Source: Thermoproteota archaeon (GTDB taxonomy: Archaea > Thermoproteota > EX4484-205 > JAAOZP01). From it: DNA of 25,209 nt. Each line of letters starts with the position of its first letter. Position 1 is the stretch's first letter. The translations under genes and the position numbers were made by a program. The notes under the pieces are model-generated. The model searched no databases and was not told the DNA's origin. It saw only the letters and a program-made list of their open reading frames with translations. Where the stretch lies: positions 3,349 to 28,557 of the forward strand of contig JAOAJQ010000001.1 of NCBI GenBank assembly GCA_026414125.1, in the 5' to 3' direction. Shown piece by piece: positions 7,788 through 14,022 of the stretch.

Positions 7788-8225
7788 ATGCATGAGGAAC
7801 CTCAGGAGTTATCCATAAAGTGGTATGAATTGTCACCTTGGCTTATAGGATGGCTCATAATTTCTCCCCTGCTCCATCTGTGGTTCTGCCTCTGGAACCC
7901 TGCTGCAAGCGACATACTGTTTCTAAGCGGTTGGCTATTCCTCTCAATTCACTATCTTCTCGGAGTAATGATTACGCAGTTCAAGGTGAAGATGAGAAGC
8001 ATACTCTTCCTAGCTCTATTCACACTCTCATTATCATTCATATTATTCTTTGGCGAGGTTCACCATATGTTCGCTCAATTCGGATTGGTTTCTCAAGTAA
8101 TTTTCGCAACGGGTTTGATGGTGCTGACACTGCCGTTTTACGCGGCGGCGGTTTACAAGCTGATTAAAGAGTACAGGAAGAGCGGGCAAACATTACAATC
8201 GGAGCAAACTTTTAAAACAGAATAG
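7788..8225 (+). CDS. Hypothetical multi-pass membrane protein
   Basis: About four hydrophobic segments, with a GGGGAG SD-like motif about 10 nt upstream. Confidence 0.6.
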   Translation: MHEEPQELSIKWYELSPWLIGWLIISPLLHLWFCLWNPAASDILFLSGWLFLSIHYLLGVMITQFKVKMRSILFLALFTLSLSFILFFGEVHHMFAQFGLVSQVIFATGLMVLTLPFYAAAVYKLIKEYRKSGQTLQSEQTFKTE

Positions 8226-8254
8226 GTTCAGCAAGATGCTTGCTAAGAGCTCTT

Positions 8255-8548
8255 TTAATCCCTGTTTATCCGCTCGTTAATGCTTTCCTCGTTAATGTGT
8301 TTCCTAATGTAAACCAGGATCTTCTCGTCTTTAACGACTGCATTCGCCGCGTCCTTAACCATTAATGCTAGAATCTCTGCCAGAGGGCAGAAGGGTGTTG
8401 TCGCAACGAATTCCACAATTATGCTGCCGTCTTCCCTTCTAACGTCTTTGATAAGGTTGAGTTCTCCGAGGGTTAGCCCTATCTCAGGGTCGACAACATT
8501 GGAGACAGCCTTCTTAACCTCTGAAAGCACGTCAGACTCCTTGCTCAT
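8255..8548 (-). CDS. DUF59/MIP18-type Fe-S cluster assembly protein
   Basis: VVDPEIGLTLGELNLI and TTPFCPLA with the conserved Cys. Confidence 0.9.
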   Translation of the reverse strand: MSKESDVLSEVKKAVSNVVDPEIGLTLGELNLIKDVRREDGSIIVEFVATTPFCPLAEILALMVKDAANAVVKDEKILVYIRKHINEESINERINRD

Positions 8549-9245
8549 GCTTCCTCCTCCTAGCCTCGTACTCTTCCCTAGTAATATATATTCTTGCCGG
8601 TACGCCTAGGACAACAGTGTTTGGAGGAACATCCCTAGTCACCACGGAGCCTGCTGCAACCACAGAATTATCTCCGACGCGTACTCCAGATATGAGTGTT
8701 GAGTTAGCCCCTATCACGCAGCCATTGCCTATTGTAACAGGGGTCAGCCTGCCTGAAACCGGGTAGCGATCATTAGTGACACACGTGTAAGGACCTATGA
8801 AAACGTTTTCGCCAACAATAGTACCGTGCGGGAGATACACGCCCGACTGTATTCTAACATTGTTGCCTATTGAAACGCTTCCGTCGAGCATCGACCCGGT
8901 TCCTATTAAACAATTATCCCCAATTCTGCTTCCTTCTCTGATTAGAATATTGTGGCCTGTTACGAGGCCCCTGCCGGTGACAACTTCTTCGTAAATCACG
9001 CTTCCAGACCTTATTAGGCTGCTGGAGCCTATTTTCGTGCCGCTTGAAAGTTCGTCGAGAATACTGAGGTCTTCCGGCATAGTTCCTAAGCTTGATAGGC
9101 TTTTCTTAGAGGGATACCCTATTATCGTGTTGAAACCGATATATGATTCCTCCCCTATCTCGCTTCTCCCTAGAACCAGATTATTACCTTCAAACCTGAC
9201 TGTCCCATGGATAACCGCCTTCTTCGACACATAGTTTTGAAGCAT
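8532..9245 (-). CDS. Hexapeptide-repeat (left-handed beta-helix) acyltransferase, probably a sugar N/O-acetyltransferase
   Basis: Repeated [LIV]-G-x4 hexads, TGHNILIRE, FIGPYTCVTND.YP, VAAGSVVTRDVP...GVPAR. Confidence 0.88.
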   Translation of the reverse strand: MLQNYVSKKAVIHGTVRFEGNNLVLGRSEIGEESYIGFNTIIGYPSKKSLSSLGTMPEDLSILDELSSGTKIGSSSLIRSGSVIYEEVVTGRGLVTGHNILIREGSRIGDNCLIGTGSMLDGSVSIGNNVRIQSGVYLPHGTIVGENVFIGPYTCVTNDRYPVSGRLTPVTIGNGCVIGANSTLISGVRVGDNSVVAAGSVVTRDVPPNTVVLGVPARIYITREEYEARRRKHEQGV

Positions 9246-9306
9246 CGTTTAAGCTCAGCAGACTTTAAAATAAAGATTTTTAACCCTCGTGTAAATACGG
9301 CTAGCG

Positions 9307-11052
9307 ATGCAGCCACGTGGAAAAACAGGGTGTACGCTCGTCCCAATACTGATTCTAATAATGGTTTTCAGCCTTCTTGTAAGCATAAAGACGTCGGGCC
9401 AGTTCGAGCTTTCAGACCTCTATGTTTATGTGAAGGCCAACATGGATGAGGAGGCAATCGCTTTTTTCAACGTGAACCTGACGATGGGCCCGAAAACGAT
9501 AAGAGCGTTAGACGAGGCAAACTGGACTTTCAAGATACAGCTTCCAAAATGGGCGGCTCCAAACCTTGTTTTATCCGTAGACATGCCTAAACTATTCCTG
9601 GAGAATGGGGAAGCGATAGCTCTGAAGCTTGAGGAGGCTGAGGACTATGATTACTTGGTTGCAGAGATTCCTCCTTTTCAGGGTGAACGGCTGAACGTTA
9701 CAGTCAGGTTCGGCCTGGTTCAACGCGACAATGTGACTGAAGACTACGTGGGGTTTAAGCTACCGGTTTTAACCGGCTTCAGCATCATGCCTGAATACGT
9801 TAACTTCACCTTCTTAACCACGGGCGTGATTAAAGGGTATTCTCTGCAATACTTCCACCCTATTTTCCTGAACGACAGTGTAATAGGATTATGGAACCAG
9901 TATTTCCGGACGAAGACTGTGGGAAATGTGACTGGTAGAATAGTTTTCTCTAAATCGTTCGACAGGTGCGTGATAAAAAGCCTGGTTAGGGAGATAACTG
10001 TGGCTAAGCAGCTACAAGTCAAAGTGAAAGACTTGTTAAAGCTGAAATACGTTGGAAACTCCTACAGGAGTGAAATACTTAAGATAAACATCCCCACAAG
10101 TATTAATCAATCGGTTAAGGTGAAGGATGCGCTGGGCCCACTTCAAACATACTCTAGCGCATCATCAGTAGCCAACACGAGTGTTATAACGGTTTATTCG
10201 CGATACTCCTTGAGACCAGGCCAGGAGTATGAAGCAATAGTTGAATACAGCGTTCCTGTTAAAAACATGCTTGTGGGCTTAAACGGTGGTTTAACCACTA
10301 TTCGGTTGACAGGCTTGCCCAACTATACGGATATTGTCAGCACGTATTATTTAAGCGTGAGAGTAGAGGGTAGGAAAAGCTGGAAGATAGAGGCGGAGTC
10401 AACCGTTACAAGCATCGAAAACAGTGAGGCATTCTCCCTCACGATACGTAACGCTATGCCGGACATACTTGCCCAGCCTTTTCAGATCAGTTTCTCCTCA
10501 GCACAGCTAGAGGCTGGTAAAAGCATCTCAATGCTCCTCGGCTTATTGACGTTGCTCGTATTGATGGTGACTGAGATCTTCAGAGAGGAGGTTGCGAAGC
10601 CCGTTGAAGCTAAGGGAGGAAAAGAGGCTGAGAGGCTTGTGAACGATTTGGCTGAGGCTCTCCGTGAAAAGGTTGATTGCGAAACGCTTTTGGAGGAAAT
10701 CAAGGTTAAAAACGCTGTTGGAAAGATTTCTTCCAGAGAGTATAGGGAGAGAGTTGGAGAATACGAGAGGAGAATATCAAGAGCTGAGAAAAAGATTTTG
10801 AAAGCAATTGAGGAGGTCTCACGGATAAACACTAGGGTGGGCGAGGAGGTTGAGAGACGCTACAGGATCTTCGAGGAAATAAACAGCGATTCTAAAAACA
10901 TGATTAACAGCACTATCGAAAGGTTTAGAGGAGGACGCATCACGAGAAGCGTTTTCGAAAACCTGGCTGGAAAATACTTGAAGGAGAATAAAAAGAGAAG
11001 GGAGACGGCTGCGAGCGACTTATACTCAGCCCTAGAAAAACTACTGTCGTAG
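9307..11052 (+). CDS. Type I membrane glycoprotein resembling ribophorin I (OST1)
   Basis: N-terminal hydrophobic signal, about 375-aa beta-rich region with 10 N-x-S/T sequons, a single TM near aa 405-425, and a 155-aa helical tail. Motifs SLVREITV, VKDALG and RYSLRPG..YSVP recall ribophorin I. Confidence 0.6.
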   Translation: MQPRGKTGCTLVPILILIMVFSLLVSIKTSGQFELSDLYVYVKANMDEEAIAFFNVNLTMGPKTIRALDEANWTFKIQLPKWAAPNLVLSVDMPKLFLENGEAIALKLEEAEDYDYLVAEIPPFQGERLNVTVRFGLVQRDNVTEDYVGFKLPVLTGFSIMPEYVNFTFLTTGVIKGYSLQYFHPIFLNDSVIGLWNQYFRTKTVGNVTGRIVFSKSFDRCVIKSLVREITVAKQLQVKVKDLLKLKYVGNSYRSEILKINIPTSINQSVKVKDALGPLQTYSSASSVANTSVITVYSRYSLRPGQEYEAIVEYSVPVKNMLVGLNGGLTTIRLTGLPNYTDIVSTYYLSVRVEGRKSWKIEAESTVTSIENSEAFSLTIRNAMPDILAQPFQISFSSAQLEAGKSISMLLGLLTLLVLMVTEIFREEVAKPVEAKGGKEAERLVNDLAEALREKVDCETLLEEIKVKNAVGKISSREYRERVGEYERRISRAEKKILKAIEEVSRINTRVGEEVERRYRIFEEINSDSKNMINSTIERFRGGRITRSVFENLAGKYLKENKKRRETAASDLYSALEKLLS

Positions 11053-11134
11053 ACGCTTAATTCTAATAGAGTAGTGCACGCATATAAGGCTAACAGTGAA
11101 CAGCATTAAAACCAAAGCTTTAAACCATTTTTAG

Positions 11135-11266
11135 TAGCCCGGGAGAGATTCGAACTCTCATCAAGGGGTTTCTCCGCAAGCATACGCTAAACTGCACCAA
11201 AGCCCCCCATGTCTTGGCGCGACGCTTTGCCATTACAATCGACGCCTTTTTTGGCTCCACCGGGCT
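11135..11266 (-). tRNA. tRNA-Gln(TTG) with three introns: 10/11 (11256-11238, 19 nt), 21/22 (11226-11213, 14 nt), 37/38 (11196-11170, 27 nt)
   Basis: Removal gives AGCCCGG TG GTGT AATGGCAA ACAT G GGGGG CTTTGGA CCCCT TGAT GAGAG TTCGAAT CTCTC CCGGGCT A (72 nt, A1-U72 as in archaeal tRNA-Gln). Each junction has a 4-bp helix and 3-nt bulges: CGGT/GTCG, TGGC/GCCA, CTTT/GGAG. Confidence 0.9.
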
Positions 11267-11296
11267 TCCCGGGCTTGTTGTAAATCTGCTTGAGGG

Positions 11297-11311
11297 ATTA
11301 ATAACTTTTTA
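11297..11311 (-). promoter_or_regulatory. BRE/TATA promoter of tRNA-Gln
   Basis: Minus strand TAAAAAG-TTATTAAT. Usual spacing predicts a TSS near 11274-11276, about 9 nt before the mature 5' end. Confidence 0.65.
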
Positions 11312-11574
11312 GCGCGCGCTTGGGGGATTCGGGAGAACCTGATTTCGAAATTAAAATTACCGAAACTGTGACCGTGAATGGAAAGATGTTCAATAAAGAC
11401 ACCTATATTACTGTGATCGAGGTAAAATATGTAGAAAATCCTGAGAATATTGAGGGATTTGAAAGACAAATAAAGGATGCAAGGACAGAGAGCAACCGCT
11501 TTGAGGATCCCAAATGGGCAGCTCCTTATGGGGTTATTTTAATCATTACATGGTCTCCTGAGCAAAATAATTGA
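11305..11574 (+). pseudogene. 5'-truncated PD-(D/E)XK nuclease-fold gene fragment
   Basis: The frame is open from 11305: RLGDSGEPDFEI...VIEVKY...FERQIKDA...YGVILIITW. There is no SD or ATG, and the fragment abuts the tRNA-Gln promoter. Confidence 0.45.
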
Positions 11575-11653
11575 GGGTGAGTTATACCCGCCGATGGTGG
11601 GAGATTTTAAGAACCGTATTTAGAGTTCCTCTGTAGGGAGGAGGGTTAGAAGG

Positions 11654-12359
11654 ATGAACCAAGGCTTCCTTAACAAGCTGAAGAACTACTTAGACGTAAG
11701 GCTAAAGGATGAAGTAACAATTGGCAGCTTTGAACCGTTCGAAATAGATATACCGGAGGTATCTCGTAGATGGAGATGGGGAGTGAGAACTCCGAGTTTT
11801 GCTATGGTCAGGTTCGTTACAGAATATGAATACGGAACGGTAACCGTGCAATCAAAATCGTTGGATAGGGCTAAAGATTATATAGGCGAGTGCTTAATTA
11901 AGAGCTATCGGTTTAGGTTCGCTAAAGCAAAGAGCGATAGGGAAGAGAAGGAGAAAATATGGGAGATCATCGAAAAGAGGGAAAAAGAGGCTCTTGAGGA
12001 CTACTTCAACAGGAGGAATTTAGAGAAACACCTTAGAGAACCCTACTGGCATGCATTCCTAAGGTTGCTTTTGGTTTGATGAAGTAGCTAAAAGGATATC
12101 GGAGAAGTATGAGGTTGAAGTCAGGGTGAATATCGATGAAGTCAGTTACGAGCTTGGTCTAATATCCAAATTCGATGGAAGCGACATAGATGAAGAAAAG
12201 AAATTCGAGGAGATTAAGAAGAGGGTTGAAGCAGTTATTGCTGCATGTAAGCTCGCACAGCAAGCCTACTATACCTTAAATGAGAAACGGAAAGAGTTCT
12301 TAGAGTTCTGCAATGCCATCTTTGCGAAGTATGAAATAAGGAGGAAGAGGGGACTATAA
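11654..12359 (+). pseudogene. Hypothetical protein, probably one gene (about 234 aa) split by a net +1 frameshift near 12061
   Basis: Strong SD (GGAGGAGG) before ATG 11654. The frame of ORF 12126-12359 stays open and protein-like back to 12063 (GCFWFDEVAKRISEKYEVEVR), and deleting one A of CTAAGG fuses the two ORFs. Confidence 0.55.
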
Positions 12360-12456
12360 GACTCAGTTTAAACATATAGCACGTGCTTTGTATATCCGAA
12401 TCCTCGTGACTGCCTATTATCTGGTTTCATATTGTGCTTTGATAAATGAATTCTTA

Positions 12457-12479
12457 TGGGTTCAAATCCCACCCCCGCA
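12457..12479 (+). other. Orphan tRNA 3' fragment (T arm plus acceptor 3' strand, Leu-like), possible attachment-site remnant
   Basis: TGGG-TTCAAAT-CCCAC-CCCCGC-A, with no matching 5' half (GCGGGG...) nearby. It is one C short of a full 7-nt acceptor strand. Confidence 0.55.
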
Positions 12480-12548
12480 TCTTGTTCTAACGTTTTTAAA
12501 TTCTCAGTTTTAACTTTGTTTTTCTGAAAGCATAGCATGTCATTAGAT

Positions 12549-12964
12549 TTACTCGAACAGCTCGTAAGTTAGGTGTACGCTAACAGCAGCTAATCTTGGA
12601 AGAATAACACTCGACAGAATCACATTAACTTCCAAAACTGCAGCGGCAGCGATTGCAGCAATCCATATCACCGTGTTCCCTAATGTATCTTCATACTTGT
12701 TCTTCTGGAATAGAGCCAGCTTGTTAGATGTTATTGTTCTGAGTAAGAGGCTGTAAGCATCTTTCCCCTATCGGAGTGAGGCTGTATTTCCCATTCTCTT
12801 GTTTTATGAAAGGAGCTAGGCTTCGGAGATGATAGGAAAGAGTTGGACTATCAGGTATTTTGCTTGCACGTAGAATCTCAGTGAAGGCAGCTGTTCTTTT
12901 CACCAACGTATCTTAGGATATCTCTTCTCTTCTGATGATCCAATTCCTTAAAGACCTCTTCCAA
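12549..12964 (-). pseudogene. ArsR-type winged-helix regulator with C-terminal TM segments, two frameshifts
   Basis: Three frames join as LEEVFKELDHQKRRDILRYVGE / TAAFTEILRASKIPDSPTLSYHLRSL...YSLTPIG / KDAYSLLLRT...VIWIAAIAAAAVLEV...ELFE*. The shifts are at about 12894-12900 (A runs) and about 12765-12768 (G4 run). Confidence 0.75.
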
Positions 12965-13127
12965 GACTCAATTCTTGACTTTCTTTTACCTACGTAAAAT
13001 GATTTTTGGTAAAACCTGCTTAGCGTGCGCTACTAAAAGTAAGGATTAAATACCGAAGAGGGCGAGCTCTACTTTTGAATAGTCAAATTGCTGAGAGGGC
13101 AATCTCAGATTTTTATTAAAGGCTGCT

Positions 13128-13592
13128 CTATTTTCGGCAGCAATCAATTGTCGGTGCTTTTTCACAACATGGTTTATTTGTTTCCGTAGCGACTAGCTGC
13201 GAGGCGGCTAGTAGACTTGCCTTAATGATTAAGTCTGCAGGGATTACTTCATAGGCCTCCTCTCCTATCGTGACAGTCCTACACTCGGAAGAGCCACAAA
13301 CATCGCAACACGGGCTCTGACCGACTTTTCCATCAATCCAGTCTTCTAACGGTAAACCGTTAATCAAAATCTGATTGGATTTTAGAGGATCTTTTTCGAA
13401 TTCCGCGATAGAAAGTTCGTCTTTTTCTAGGATAACCTGTATGTTCATTAGGGCAAGAGCTTGTTTAAGAGTGGAAATAGCCTTTTCCAATTCTTTTTCC
13501 GTTAACCTACATCTTGGACAAGTTTTTCCATCGGACATAAGCCGTTGCCACTTAATTTTTAGAGTCTTATTTTTCACTTCTTTTCTTTTCAT
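13128..13592 (-). CDS. DUF2703 domain protein (thioredoxin-like, Cys-rich; often found near metal/arsenic-resistance genes)
   Basis: IKWQRL...TCPRC...SNQILING.PLEDW...SPCCDVCG..ECRTV, with C-terminal CC pairs. Confidence 0.85.
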   Translation of the reverse strand: MKRKEVKNKTLKIKWQRLMSDGKTCPRCRLTEKELEKAISTLKQALALMNIQVILEKDELSIAEFEKDPLKSNQILINGLPLEDWIDGKVGQSPCCDVCGSSECRTVTIGEEAYEVIPADLIIKASLLAASQLVATETNKPCCEKAPTIDCCRK

Positions 13593-14022
13593 TTCGCAAT
13601 TCTCTCCACAGGATTTAGATCTTTATTGCTTTTTAAACCTTTCAAAATAATGGTTTTTCTGATTTAAATTAAGGACGGCTTTGCCTTAATATCTGCGTTA
13701 CCAAACCCTTATACTTGTAAACATAAGCGTGTACTACTTCTTTTTAGGACGGGCCTCATTAAGCGTATGGATGCTTTTTATCTAAGAATGCTTAGGCCAA
13801 ACTTTTAAAGAGCGCGGATTCAATGACCTGTGTATGTTTATCTGATAGTTCTGACATATTTTTAGATAAAACCGAGAAATTAAGCTGATGTTTAAACCCT
13901 AACCTCGTATTTTTCCGTTAAGTTTTGCTACTTTTGGTTGCTTGTTTGTTGAGTGGTTCATTCTTTTTCCGCAGCATATAACTTTATATGGATTCTTCCT
14001 CATTCTTAAGGAGTAGACTGGA

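Noticed and set aside
7699-7818. 39-codon ORF with an SD-like GGGTG that could fuse to ORF 7788 by a -1 shift at GGGG (7773-7776)
   Set aside because: ATG 7788 has its own SD-like motif and there is no family motif to test the fusion. It is noted only as a possible counter-example to the +1 pattern.
11267-11275. Reading the upstream AGCCCGG copy as the true tRNA 5' end with a fourth, 9-nt intron
   Set aside because: Nine nt is too short for a BHB intron (minimum 1+loop+4+2) and no motif forms. The downstream copy is directly followed by U8-G9-G10.
11233-11469. 78-aa minus-strand ORF
   Set aside because: It runs through the tRNA-Gln promoter and 5' exon and is antisense to the nuclease-like fragment.
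12876-12904. BHB-like fold (GGTG/CACT) at the first ArsR frameshift
   Set aside because: Excision would remove 21 nt, which does not change the frame, so it cannot explain the shift.
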